DNA of 64,000 nt from Candidatus Dojkabacteria bacterium UBA4813 (GTDB lineage: Bacteria > Patescibacteriota > Dojkabacteria > SC72): the NCBI GenBank assembly GCA_002402455.1, contig DHFX01000001.1, positions 3,358 through 67,357 on the forward strand, read 5' to 3'. Below the pieces are notes generated by a model. It worked only from the letters and a program-made list of their open reading frames with translations, was not told the DNA's origin and did not search any database. How positions within the stretch are numbered: position 1 is the stretch's first letter; every line of letters starts with the position of its first letter. This document shows, piece after piece, positions 35,381 through 45,156 of this stretch. The position numbers were made by a program, and so were the translations under genes.

Positions 35381-37401
35381 CTGAATAAATTCTGTAAAAT
35401 CTTTTCTGAGTTATTATCTTCTTTGAGGTATATTTTTGCAAGCTTTCTGGCCTTGTTAAGTAGTTTAATGTCATGGATAGATGCCACTTTGAAAACAGGT
35501 ATTCCGGATTGCCTTAGTCCATAAACCTCTCCTGGTCCCCTACTCTCAAGGTCATATTCTGCAACTTCAAAGCCACTATTATGGTTTGCAAAGTAGATTA
35601 ACCTTTTTTGCGATGGAGAATTCTTTTCTACACTAGAACTGGGGATAACAAAGCAGTAGGATTCTTTCTCTCCCCTCCCTACCCTCCCTCTTAATTGATG
35701 GAGTTGTGCCAGTCCGAATCTCTCCGCGTCTTCTATAACCATTATTGTGGCATCCGGAATATCTATTCCCACTTCAATGACCGTTGTAGATACTAAAACC
35801 TGTATCTTTTTCTCTCTGAAATCTTTTAACAATTTCTCTTTATCTTTTTCTTTTAATCTTCCATGTAAAAAATCTACATTTAATCCTTTAAATAGTTTCT
35901 TCAAGTATTCTACTTCTACTAAAACTGCTTTGGCATTAAGTTTCTCTGATTCTTCTATTAACGGGTATATTACAAAAACCTGATTTTCGTAAATACTATT
36001 CTTTTTACTTTCTTTAATTTTGTTTTTTATCCAGTTAAAGCAGTCTTCACGTTTTCTGTATGGAGTAAAGTATGTTTTTATCTCTTTTTGGTATTTCGGT
36101 TTCTGCCTAATTTCGGAGACATTTAATCCTCCAAAGAACACTTCCGTAAGACTTCTTGGGATGGGGGTTGCAGTCATTGTTAAATAGTGAGGAGATTTTT
36201 CTGTTTTCTCCTTAAAGTATTCTCTTTGTTCAACTCCAAATCTGTGTTGTTCATCAATTACTACTAAGTTTAAATCTTTTGGTAATTCTTTTTCATAAAG
36301 TATTGCGTGTGTTCCTATGATAAGTTTGTTATCGACCCTTTTGATTATTTTTTTGGTAGATATACAGAGTTCAATGTCTATATTGAAATTTTTGAATATT
36401 TTATTGAATGTTTCGTAGTGTTGTTTTGCAAGAACAGTAGTTGGGGCAATTAGGATACTGGAATAACCGTTTTTTATTGTATTTAATATTGCTATTGCAG
36501 AAACTACTGTTTTCCCACTTCCTACATCCCCATTTAGTAGGCGATTCATAGGTTTCTCTTTGCTTGTATCTTCTAAAATTTCTTCGACAGCTTTGTTTTG
36601 GTCGTCGGTCAATTCAAAAGGTAGAGATTTTATAAAATCATTTAGAATCTCAGATTTTATATCCATTGGCTCACTTACCTCTTTTTGTTGTTTAAGCGCC
36701 TGTGTCTCTATTTTGAATGCAATTCTAAGCATTTCGTCAAAGGCAAGTCTTTTTCTAGCATCATCGATGTCCTCTTGGCTTTCTGGAAAGTGTATTTTGC
36801 TGATGGCATCACTAAGAGATATAAGGCGAAATTCGTTTAATGTTTCTTTGTCCAGGGGATCTTTGAGTAATTTTTTAAAATATCCTGTTTCTTTTTGTAA
36901 ATCACTAATTTTAGATCTGATAATCCTAGAACTTAAACCTTTAGTCTCAGGATAGATACCGACTAATTTACCAAGATCTGTTTGTTTCTGAGGATCTTCT
37001 TTAAATATCTCAAACTTGGGATTGTATACATTCTTGCGATTTCCCCTTTGGGTTATTTTCGCACTGAAAAGATAGATATCTCCTTTTTTCAAGCTCTTTT
37101 GTAAATATGTCTGATTAAAGTATGTAAGATTTAAAAAACCCGTGTCATCTTTTACTCTTACGGTAGTGATTTTTTTTCTAAGGTAAGCAGTAGAAACTTT
37201 TTCTATTTGTGCAAGGAATGTCCCCTCTCCTCTTTCTTTAAATTCTTGAATGCTGATAATAGATGATGTGTCTTGGTATCTAAAGGGAATGTGGAAAAGC
37301 AAATCCTGAACCGTCTCTATATTTAATTTGGAAAACTTTTCTGCCAGTTTCTCTCCTATTCCCTTTATTTCTGTTATTGGACTTTTCGTAAAGAGGCTCA
37401 T
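35377..37401 (-). CDS. recG: ATP-dependent DNA helicase RecG
   Basis: The N-terminal wedge domain is present along with helicase motifs I (LLNGDVGSGKTVV), II (LVVIDEQHRFG) and VI (QLHQLRGRVGRG). Confidence 0.9.
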   Translation of the reverse strand: MSLFTKSPITEIKGIGEKLAEKFSKLNIETVQDLLFHIPFRYQDTSSIISIQEFKERGEGTFLAQIEKVSTAYLRKKITTVRVKDDTGFLNLTYFNQTYLQKSLKKGDIYLFSAKITQRGNRKNVYNPKFEIFKEDPQKQTDLGKLVGIYPETKGLSSRIIRSKISDLQKETGYFKKLLKDPLDKETLNEFRLISLSDAISKIHFPESQEDIDDARKRLAFDEMLRIAFKIETQALKQQKEVSEPMDIKSEILNDFIKSLPFELTDDQNKAVEEILEDTSKEKPMNRLLNGDVGSGKTVVSAIAILNTIKNGYSSILIAPTTVLAKQHYETFNKIFKNFNIDIELCISTKKIIKRVDNKLIIGTHAILYEKELPKDLNLVVIDEQHRFGVEQREYFKEKTEKSPHYLTMTATPIPRSLTEVFFGGLNVSEIRQKPKYQKEIKTYFTPYRKREDCFNWIKNKIKESKKNSIYENQVFVIYPLIEESEKLNAKAVLVEVEYLKKLFKGLNVDFLHGRLKEKDKEKLLKDFREKKIQVLVSTTVIEVGIDIPDATIMVIEDAERFGLAQLHQLRGRVGRGEKESYCFVIPSSSVEKNSPSQKRLIYFANHNSGFEVAEYDLESRGPGEVYGLRQSGIPVFKVASIHDIKLLNKARKLAKIYLKEDNNSEKILQNLFR

Positions 37402-37414
37402 ATATAGAGTGAAA

Positions 37415-37525
37415 CTATATCGCCAACAGGCTGAGCAGGATTGGTACAGCTATTCCCCCTACTAGGATTATTGCTATTCCTATGTTTATAACTGCTGCCA
37501 ATTTTTTCTTTGTCTTTTTCTTCAT
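37415..37525 (-). CDS. Possible small hydrophobic peptide (36 aa), not in the ORF track
   Basis: Hand translation of the 134-nt gap between rel and recG gives MKKKTKKKLAAVINIGIAIILVGGIAVPILLSLLAI, a single TM helix. The only support is the ORF and hydrophobicity. Confidence 0.2.
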   Translation of the reverse strand: MKKKTKKKLAAVINIGIAIILVGGIAVPILLSLLAI

Positions 37526-37534
37526 GTTTCTATT

Positions 37535-38998
37535 CTAACTTTTTCTGTTGTATTTTGAAAGCTGATTCCTGATCCTGAATTTTGTAGCTTCTGAGTTGAC
37601 GTCTCTTAATGCTTCTATTTTTTGATACTTTTTATTTTTGTCTCTTCTAATTTCTACAACATCTCCCGTCTTAAGTTTTGTAGAAAGTTTTGCAGCTTTG
37701 CCATTTATTAGTACTCCTGTAGCACTATTTCCTATCTCAGTATGTAATCTAAATGCAAAGTCTAAGGCTGTGTCTCCTTTGTTTAGGTCAAGAATCATTC
37801 CCTTGGGTGTGAATGGAAATACTTCGTCTTTGTAAATAGAGCATTTAATGGGGCAATTCATTTTGTGTCTTCTCTCTTTCTTGCTCTTGTTAAAATTTTT
37901 ATGTACTTCTTCTACCCAATCATACTTATTTGTTGGTTTCGCATATCTTGATTTGCTGGCTTTGTATGCAATGTGTGAGGCAGGTCCATATGTGTTGTGG
38001 TAATACATATCCTTTGTCATTATTTGAACTTCTATTTTCAAGTCAGAAACGGAGGGGAATTTCATTGGAAACTGTATTGCTTTATAGCCATTCGGTTTTG
38101 GGTTTGAAATGTAGTCGTCAAAAAGATCGTAATCCGGCTCTCCATTGTCTATTAGTTTTTCTAATACAAAGAAGCACTCCTCTTCCTTGTTAACTAGAAT
38201 TCTAAAGGCTATCAGGTCATCTACTCTTGTGATATTTGGGTTTATCCACTCTTTCTCATATTTTTTAAGTTTGTTATATATACTATATTTTGACTTTATC
38301 CTCCCTTCTATTTTCTTTTCAAATTTGAGATCTTTTAGTATTTCCTTCAGTAAATTCCTATACTCTTCCAATGTCTTTTCACAAATATTAGCCTCCTGCA
38401 TTTTTTTAGATATGCTGGCATACTCTATGGGTAAATACTCTAAGAAGGCATTCTCTTCTATTTCTTTCTTGATTTCATTTAAATCTAAGTACTCTGCTAG
38501 GGGAGAATAGATACTTAATGCTTTTCTTAGAGTATCCTTCTTCATCTCCTCCGGAATATTTTCTATACTGCGAATATCACAGAGAGTATCTAGGATCTTT
38601 ATGATGACGGGTCTTAAATCATCTGAGCTGTTTAGTATATACTTTATTGTCACTTCTTCTGGAGTTTCGTGGCTCTCTGTTGCTTTCTTGATCTCTTTTA
38701 GTCTTTTTAGAATATTTACAGCTTCTTTTTCGAAGAGATTTTCTATCTCATGAAGATTGTCTTCGTCCTGTGGTATTTCATGTAAGAGGGCTACTATTGT
38801 TGAGTTTGTATCTAACTTAACTTCTGTTGTAAGTAGTGCGATGTTTAGGAGGTGTTCAATGACGAGTTCTCCACCAAATCTCCTTTCTTGCTGGTGGTAA
38901 TTAGATGCGTAGTCAAAAGCTTCTTTAGCTTTTTCCCTATAATTGAGAGGTATTTTTTTTGATAATTCTCTGAATTCGTTTTGTATCTTTTTGTCCAT
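37535..38998 (-). CDS. rel: RelA/SpoT homolog, (p)ppGpp synthetase with a variant HD domain and a TGS domain, lacking the C-terminal regulatory domains
   Basis: Synthetase motifs are intact: EGRIKSKYSIYNKLKKY, DLIAFRIL, GYKAIQF and EVQIMTKDM. The TGS-like region is VFPFTPKGMILDLNKGDTALDFAFRLHTEIG. The N-terminal HD region reads ALLHEIPQDED where canonical is LLHDVIEDT. Confidence 0.8.
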   Translation of the reverse strand: MDKKIQNEFRELSKKIPLNYREKAKEAFDYASNYHQQERRFGGELVIEHLLNIALLTTEVKLDTNSTIVALLHEIPQDEDNLHEIENLFEKEAVNILKRLKEIKKATESHETPEEVTIKYILNSSDDLRPVIIKILDTLCDIRSIENIPEEMKKDTLRKALSIYSPLAEYLDLNEIKKEIEENAFLEYLPIEYASISKKMQEANICEKTLEEYRNLLKEILKDLKFEKKIEGRIKSKYSIYNKLKKYEKEWINPNITRVDDLIAFRILVNKEEECFFVLEKLIDNGEPDYDLFDDYISNPKPNGYKAIQFPMKFPSVSDLKIEVQIMTKDMYYHNTYGPASHIAYKASKSRYAKPTNKYDWVEEVHKNFNKSKKERRHKMNCPIKCSIYKDEVFPFTPKGMILDLNKGDTALDFAFRLHTEIGNSATGVLINGKAAKLSTKLKTGDVVEIRRDKNKKYQKIEALRDVNSEATKFRIRNQLSKYNRKS

Positions 38999-39051
38999 GT
39001 TTTAAAAGGTTTTGGTTTTTGAATTGAAGAATATTTTAGAAAATCTTTCTT

Positions 39052-40266
39052 CTATGCCTTGAATATAATTTTGCATAGCTTTCTTCCTACACGGACTTCG
39101 GGTTTGCTGGAAGTTTTGATGAGATGGTGGTACTGGGTGATCTTTTTACCTGCTATTTTTACAGCACCCTGTTCTACTAGCCTTTTTGCTTCTGATTTGC
39201 TAGTTGCGAAACCAATTTCTACGAGTAATTGGTTTAGGGGAATCTCCTCTTTTGCGATTTCTATAACTGGTATTTGTACGTCCTCACCTTTGTTTTGAAA
39301 TACAGATTCGAAGAACTTTTGAGCTTCTTTTGCCTCTTTTACGCTGGTTATCTCTGAGGTTATTTTGAATGCCAACTCTTTTTTAAGTTTCATTGGGTTC
39401 TCTTTAGAGTTTAATCTCTTTTTATATTCTTTAACTTGGTTCATACTTGTGGAGGTTAGGATTTCAAATCCGTTAATAATCATGTCGTCGTTGAATGCCA
39501 TTACTTTTCCATAGATTTCCTCTGGTTTGTCGTTCATTTTTATCATGTTTCCTTCCGACTTGCCCATTTTCTTCCCATCTGCAGTTTCAAGAAGTTTTGT
39601 AGTAAGTACAATCTTTTCTTTGCCAAGTTCGGACATTATTAGATCTCTTCCGGCTAACATATTGAATAACTGGTCATTCCCACCTATCTCGACATCTATA
39701 TTCATCATTACGCAGTCGTATCCTTGCATAACAGGATATAGGAATTCGTTAAGATGTATAGGTTTGTTTTGTTGTAATCTTTTTTGGAACATATCTCTCT
39801 TTAACATTTGCTGAACTGTGAACTTAGAAGCAAGTTTTATTATGTCTCCAAAGTTTAGTTTTTCTAACCATTCACCATTGTAAAGTATCTCTACGGGATT
39901 CTCTTTGTTGCTAATATCTATAATCTTTGAAGCTTGTTTGACATAATCTTTCATGTTTTGCTCCACTTCTTCTTTTGTTAGCATCTGTCTTGTTGCAGTT
40001 TTGTCAGAGGGATCTCCTACTCTCGCGGTGAAATCTCCTATAAGGAAGATGACATGGTGTCCAAGTTTTCTGAAATCTTCAAGTTTTCTCATTCCTACTG
40101 TGTGGCCAATGTGCAGGGTGTCTGCGGTTGGGTCAAACCCTTGGTAGATGTTTAGCCTTTTGCCGGACTCTAACAAATTTCTTAAAGCTTCTTCCGTTGG
40201 GAGTATCTGCTCAACTGCTTTTTTAAGAATTCTTTCTATTATTTCTTTATCTTTTTTAATTTCCAT
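39052..40266 (-). CDS. tyrS: Tyrosyl-tRNA synthetase (with C-terminal S4 domain)
   Basis: The HIGH motif (TADTLHIGH), KMSKS motif (KMGKSEGN) and S4-like C-terminus are present. Confidence 0.9.
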   Translation of the reverse strand: MEIKKDKEIIERILKKAVEQILPTEEALRNLLESGKRLNIYQGFDPTADTLHIGHTVGMRKLEDFRKLGHHVIFLIGDFTARVGDPSDKTATRQMLTKEEVEQNMKDYVKQASKIIDISNKENPVEILYNGEWLEKLNFGDIIKLASKFTVQQMLKRDMFQKRLQQNKPIHLNEFLYPVMQGYDCVMMNIDVEIGGNDQLFNMLAGRDLIMSELGKEKIVLTTKLLETADGKKMGKSEGNMIKMNDKPEEIYGKVMAFNDDMIINGFEILTSTSMNQVKEYKKRLNSKENPMKLKKELAFKITSEITSVKEAKEAQKFFESVFQNKGEDVQIPVIEIAKEEIPLNQLLVEIGFATSKSEAKRLVEQGAVKIAGKKITQYHHLIKTSSKPEVRVGRKLCKIIFKA

Positions 40267-40317
40267 GCAGAATATTATATATATATTGTGTTAAGTTTTC
40301 CACTTTATATTGAATCT

Positions 40318-41535
40318 TTAATTACTTTTTAAATATGTTCTATTCTTTAATTTGTCCGGCATACATTGCTGTTTGGATTTTTTAGATTCTAAGTCATGGT
40401 CATATTGATAGCCTTTTGAGTAACCGATATCCTTCATTAGTTTTGTAGGGGCATTTCTTAGGTGCATAGGAACTGGAAGATTGCCATACTTCTCTATATC
40501 TCCTTTTACGAGATTTTCTACTTTGTAAGCTGTATTATCTTTTGGCGCTTTTGCAAGATATATGGCCAGTTGTATTAAAAAAACTTCACATTCCGGCATC
40601 CCGATCTTCTGACAAGATTCGTAAACATTGTTTGCAAGAATTAAAGCATTAGGATCTGCATTCCCGATATCTTCACTTGCAAATCTTAGTAATCTTCTTG
40701 CGATATAGAGGGGGTCTTCTCCACCGCTTAACATTCTACCAACCCAGTAAGCAGCGGCATCCGGATTGGAAGATCTCATGGACTTGTGTATTGCCGATAT
40801 TATATTGTAGTGTTCTTCTCCATTTTTGTCGTAATATATCGGTTTTTGTATTGTGTTTTCTAGTATCTCCATGGTGATCTTGGCTTTCTTGTTCTCTTCT
40901 TTTTGTGAAATTGCTATTGTACTTGCCATTTCCAGAATATTTAATCCTGATCTTATATCCCCATTTGCGAGATTCGCCATGGCCTTTAATTCGTTCTTTC
41001 CAATTATTAGATCTGGAAATTCTTTCTTTGCTATTTTTGAAAGAAGTTTCTGGATATCTTCCTCACTTTGCTGTTTAAAAAGAAAGACTTTTGTTCTGGA
41101 AAGTAATGGAGTATTAACTGTAAAAGACGGATTCTCTGTTGTTGCCCCTATTAGGGTTATTAGTCCTTTTTCAATGTAAGGCAGGAGAGCATCTTGTTGA
41201 GCCTTATTCCATCTGTGTATTTCATCTAAGAAGAGGATTGTCTTTCTACCGTATTGCTTGTTTGCTGTAGCAATCTTTATTATTTTTCTTAATTGTTCTT
41301 TACCGCTATTTACTGCAGAGAGTTTGTGGAAGTCAAAGAAGAGGTTAAGGGAGATTATGTAAGCAAGAGTTGTTTTTCCTGTTCCGGGCGGACCCCAAAA
41401 TATCATGGAGGGAATCTTTTCTGTGTCTAAGAATTTCTTAATGGGCCCATTTTCTCCTATAAGATGTTTTTGACCAACAAAATCTTCTAACTTTTTAGGT
41501 CTGTATTTTGAAGCTAGGGGCTCGTAATTTGCCAT
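40318..41535 (-). CDS. rarA: Replication-associated recombination protein RarA/MgsA (AAA+)
   Basis: YRPKKLEDFVGQKHL, Walker A GPPGTGKTTLA, Walker B LFLDEIHRWNKAQQD and the C-terminal MgsA domain are present. Confidence 0.85.
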   Translation of the reverse strand: MANYEPLASKYRPKKLEDFVGQKHLIGENGPIKKFLDTEKIPSMIFWGPPGTGKTTLAYIISLNLFFDFHKLSAVNSGKEQLRKIIKIATANKQYGRKTILFLDEIHRWNKAQQDALLPYIEKGLITLIGATTENPSFTVNTPLLSRTKVFLFKQQSEEDIQKLLSKIAKKEFPDLIIGKNELKAMANLANGDIRSGLNILEMASTIAISQKEENKKAKITMEILENTIQKPIYYDKNGEEHYNIISAIHKSMRSSNPDAAAYWVGRMLSGGEDPLYIARRLLRFASEDIGNADPNALILANNVYESCQKIGMPECEVFLIQLAIYLAKAPKDNTAYKVENLVKGDIEKYGNLPVPMHLRNAPTKLMKDIGYSKGYQYDHDLESKKSKQQCMPDKLKNRTYLKSN

Positions 41536-41548
41536 AATTGATTATACT

Positions 41549-42106
41549 TTATCTGTATATGTAAAGGGGATTTCCATCTTTAAGTATAATTTTCTCTTCC
41601 CTAGTTGTCTCTTTTTTGTTATTCACATTAATATTCTTTATATTATATTTGTAAGAGTAAACTTCTCCCCCACTCTTTACAAACTCTTCCAGCTTTGGTT
41701 TCAATATCTCCAAACTTTTTTCGTCTAAATAACAATATACTTTTGTGAATTTTTCTAAATCTACTTTAAAAATATCTTCCGCTTCAAAAGTAAAATCTTT
41801 ACTTAAAGGAAATTGTAATATCTTTTTTGTTTGAGCAATTATTAGCATCATTGGGGATATATCATAGCCTGTGCATTTGCATCCACTACTGCCGTGAGCT
41901 TTTAAAAGTAGTCTTCCATCTCCACTTCCCAAATCTGCAAGGTGATCTCCTTTTTCAAGGTCCATTATATCTATAATTTCACTAATTACTTCTTTCGGAG
42001 TTTTTAACAAGGGAATTAGGAAGGCATTAATAAATAGAGTTAGGATGAAACCAAGCAGAAGGAGGACAATAACAGTCATTATTCCTAGGCTTATTCCGTT
42101 TAACAT
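41549..42106 (-). CDS. Class I SAM-dependent methyltransferase with an N-terminal TM anchor
   Basis: TM helix (IMTVIVLLLLGFILTLFINAF) followed by motif I (LADLGSGDGRLL). The substrate is unknown. Confidence 0.5.
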   Translation of the reverse strand: MLNGISLGIMTVIVLLLLGFILTLFINAFLIPLLKTPKEVISEIIDIMDLEKGDHLADLGSGDGRLLLKAHGSSGCKCTGYDISPMMLIIAQTKKILQFPLSKDFTFEAEDIFKVDLEKFTKVYCYLDEKSLEILKPKLEEFVKSGGEVYSYKYNIKNINVNNKKETTREEKIILKDGNPLYIYR

Positions 42107-42147
42107 AGTGGTATAATTCCTTGATTAATATTACATTTACATAATAG

Positions 42148-42828
42148 ATGATAGACGGAATCTTGTTAATAAACAAACAGGCAAATATTACATCTTATGA
42201 TGTCGTAAGAAGATTAAAAAAAGTTCTCCCACACGGGCAAAAAATAGGTCATGGAGGAACTTTAGATCCTTTTGCAACTGGCTTGTTAATTATCCTTCTT
42301 GGGAAATACACAAAGAAAATGGTTGAGATTTTAGAAATGGAAAAAGAGTACATTGTAAAAGCCCAATTTGGTTATGCTACGGATACACAAGATGTTACAG
42401 GAAAGAAGGTAGGTGAAATTTCTAATTTAAAGGCTGTTAAGCATGCTGAAATAGAAAAACTAATTAAAGAGAATTTTGTTGGTGAAATTAGCCAAGTTCC
42501 TCCCCAATTTTCAGCAAGAAAGATAGAAGGAAAAAAGGCATATGAATTTGCAAGAAAGGGAGAGCAAGTTGAGCTTCAATCAAAAGTAGTAACCATTAAG
42601 AATTTTGAAATTACAAACTATGACTGGCCTTTTGTTACTTTTAATATAATCTGCTCAAGTGGAACTTACGTTCGGACTCTCATTAATGACCTTGGTCAAT
42701 TGTTAAGAACCTTTGCAACAGCTGTGGAATTGAAAAGGACTAGGATAGGAGAATATACTCTTGAAAATGCCATTAAGTCAGAAGAGATCTCTAAAGAGTT
42801 GGATATAAATTTAAGATTAATAAAATGA
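42148..42828 (+). CDS. truB: tRNA pseudouridine(55) synthase TruB (no PUA domain)
   Basis: LLINKQANITSYDVVRRLKK...GHGGTLDPFATGLLIILLG with the catalytic Asp. Confidence 0.85.
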   Translation: MIDGILLINKQANITSYDVVRRLKKVLPHGQKIGHGGTLDPFATGLLIILLGKYTKKMVEILEMEKEYIVKAQFGYATDTQDVTGKKVGEISNLKAVKHAEIEKLIKENFVGEISQVPPQFSARKIEGKKAYEFARKGEQVELQSKVVTIKNFEITNYDWPFVTFNIICSSGTYVRTLINDLGQLLRTFATAVELKRTRIGEYTLENAIKSEEISKELDINLRLIK

Positions 42829-43517
42829 TAAAAGGTAAATTATATGTAGTTGCTACTCCGATAGGGAATCTTTCTGACATAACCTTTAGAGCTGTAGATA
42901 TTCTAAAGAAGGTTCCATTCATACTTGCGGAAGATACAAGGGAAAGCAAAAAGCTTCTTGAAAAATACAATATTCAAACGCAATTAGTTTCTTATAGAGA
43001 TGAAAATCATGAAAGGGTTCTTGGGAAAATTTTGGAAAAGTTAAATATGGGGTTAGATTTAGCCCTTATATCAGATGCAGGGACTCCGTTGATTTCTGAC
43101 CCTGGATATAAACTTGTGAGGTACTTAAGAGAAAATAACTTTGAGGTAATCTCTATTCCCGGTCCTAGTGCTCTAATAGCGGCTTTATCTGTGAGTGGCT
43201 TCCCTACAGACAGATTTGTTTTCTTCGGTTTTCTTCCAAAGAGTAAAATTAAAAGAGAGAAAATAATCTCTGAATACAAAGATCTACACAACACGCTTGT
43301 TTTTTATGAATCTCCGAAGAGATTAATTGATTTCTTAAATATGATTTATAAAGTGTTCGGTGAAGTGAAAATATTTTTAGCAAAGGATATCTCCAAATTA
43401 AGAGAGGAATACTTTTATGGAAGTATTCCTGAAATACGGGAAATTTTAGATGAGAGAAATTTTGCAGATAATCCTCATGGAGAATTTGTGTGTATTGTGG
43501 ATATTAGAAAGGATTAA
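42825..43517 (+). CDS. rsmI: 16S rRNA (cytidine1402-2'-O)-methyltransferase RsmI
   Basis: GKLYVVATPIGNLSDITFRAVDILKKVPFILAEDTR is present. It overlaps the truB stop (ATGA). Confidence 0.85.
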   Translation: MIKGKLYVVATPIGNLSDITFRAVDILKKVPFILAEDTRESKKLLEKYNIQTQLVSYRDENHERVLGKILEKLNMGLDLALISDAGTPLISDPGYKLVRYLRENNFEVISIPGPSALIAALSVSGFPTDRFVFFGFLPKSKIKREKIISEYKDLHNTLVFYESPKRLIDFLNMIYKVFGEVKIFLAKDISKLREEYFYGSIPEIREILDERNFADNPHGEFVCIVDIRKD

Positions 43518-44419
43518 ATTTCTAATTTTCTTATAAAAACCTTTTCGTAATTTTTATCTGTTTCTTTTTCTAATTCCTTTGGTGAAATGTTTTTTACTTT
43601 TGCTGCCGCTTCAATGATTTCCTTAATATCTGCCGGCTGTGCAAATTTGTTTTTAATCTTTTTATTTTTTCTAACAGATTGTGGAGGGAGAAACGGTCCG
43701 TCTGTTTCAAACAGGATTCTTTCAACGGGTGTCTCTTTTAGAATTTGTCTTACATCTTCTCCGCTTTTGTAGGTGATTATGGCGTTAAATCCCACATAGA
43801 AACCTAGATCTAAAATCGGTTGAAGATATTTAATATCTCCACTGTAGCTATGAAAGCAACCTCGTGCTAATCCTTTGCCTTCCCTTGCAACAATATTAAT
43901 AACATCCTCTACACATTCGTTGCTCCCACTTATATCTCTTGCATGTATGCTTAAAGGAAAGTTGTTTTCAACGGCAATTTGAACCTGCTTCCCGAAAGAT
44001 TGCTTCTGTATATCTTTTATTTCTTTTTTTATCTTTGGGTTCAAATCTTTTTGTAGACCTATTTGGTAGTAATCTAGTCCAGTTTCTCCTATTGCTTTGA
44101 TGTTAGGGAGATTCCTTTTTAATATGATCATAAACTTTGTAAGAAGTTCTTTAGACTGATCGGAGATATGATTCTCATTGCCTTTCTCTATAGTGTTCTC
44201 CTCGAAGAATACAGGATGCAAACCTAGTGCAACATCTATTATATTTGGATACTGTTTACCTATTTCCAGACTTGTATTAATATCTTCAAGGTCTGTACTC
44301 TGAGTTAGTATATATTTTCCACCTTTTTCCAAGAAGGTGTCTACTATTCTAGGTAAGTCGGATTTTAGCGGCTCCATTGCTAAATGTATATGTGCGTCAT
44401 GCATGGCATATTCTAACAC
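43514..44419 (-). CDS. tatD: TatD-family metal-dependent DNase/hydrolase
   Basis: DAHIHL, GLHP, GETGLDY and the SIHARD-like region are present, with the TIM-barrel His/Asp pattern. Confidence 0.8.
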   Translation of the reverse strand: MLEYAMHDAHIHLAMEPLKSDLPRIVDTFLEKGGKYILTQSTDLEDINTSLEIGKQYPNIIDVALGLHPVFFEENTIEKGNENHISDQSKELLTKFMIILKRNLPNIKAIGETGLDYYQIGLQKDLNPKIKKEIKDIQKQSFGKQVQIAVENNFPLSIHARDISGSNECVEDVINIVAREGKGLARGCFHSYSGDIKYLQPILDLGFYVGFNAIITYKSGEDVRQILKETPVERILFETDGPFLPPQSVRKNKKIKNKFAQPADIKEIIEAAAKVKNISPKELEKETDKNYEKVFIRKLEI

Positions 44420-44444
44420 ATGTTGTGGTAAAATATAGTCTGAT

Positions 44445-45155
44445 ATGGCAAAAGTTAAACAAAGGAATTGGTTGCTGTTAATAACATTTGTTTTGGTGTT
44501 CAGCGCTCTTGTTATACTAGTTACAACTCTACGAGAAGATCTGAAGACAGAGTCTTGTGTTTACAAGGGAGTTGAATACTCTGTAAATGATCCTATTTCA
44601 GAATATGAAGATGGTAAGGATTGTATCTGTTCTAATTCTGGGGAGATAGTCTGCAAAGAAGAGGAGTCAAGCATGTCCTATGAAGGTTTCGTGAATGAAA
44701 GTATGTCTTTTACGTACAGTTTTGGAAATTATTTGGATAAGGATCAACCAAACTTGGTAGATGCAAAATTGGTAGATATTCAATATAATAACTCTTCATT
44801 AAGGATTGTTATAGAAAGAGAAACCTTGTGTGGGGATTTTAACGAAACTCCTGTTCAAGCAGGAATGTATAAACTTGAGGAGGAAGGAATAGTTTTGACT
44901 GCTATAACAAACAGAGATGAAAGTATATATGGCAGGGTTTGTTTGATAGGTAATACTTTTGAAATTCAAAATATCATACTTGCAGATAAATCCAGATTCT
45001 CTGTCTCGTATCAGAATGACCAAGGGGATATGACAAACTTTAGAACATGTTTTGCAAATGGGAATATTTATTTAAATGGTGATGTTTTTAAAGATTCGGA
45101 GAGTAATAGTATTTGTACCTGTTCGGGACCAGAGTTTGAATGTGAGCAGCTTTAA
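44445..45155 (+). CDS. Hypothetical Cys-rich secreted/membrane-anchored protein
   Basis: N-terminal signal anchor plus 10 or more Cys in paired patterns (DCICSNSGEIVC, ICTCSGPEFEC). No family assigned. Confidence 0.35.
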   Translation: MAKVKQRNWLLLITFVLVFSALVILVTTLREDLKTESCVYKGVEYSVNDPISEYEDGKDCICSNSGEIVCKEEESSMSYEGFVNESMSFTYSFGNYLDKDQPNLVDAKLVDIQYNNSSLRIVIERETLCGDFNETPVQAGMYKLEEEGIVLTAITNRDESIYGRVCLIGNTFEIQNIILADKSRFSVSYQNDQGDMTNFRTCFANGNIYLNGDVFKDSESNSICTCSGPEFECEQL

Positions 45156-45156
45156 T

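Noticed and set aside
36560-36955. Plus-strand ORFs at 36560-36955 and 35747-35983 inside recG, and at 38145-38510 and 37930-38193 inside rel
   Set aside because: Shadow ORFs opposite strongly supported genes, with Ser/Leu/Phe-rich translations typical of antisense AT-rich coding.
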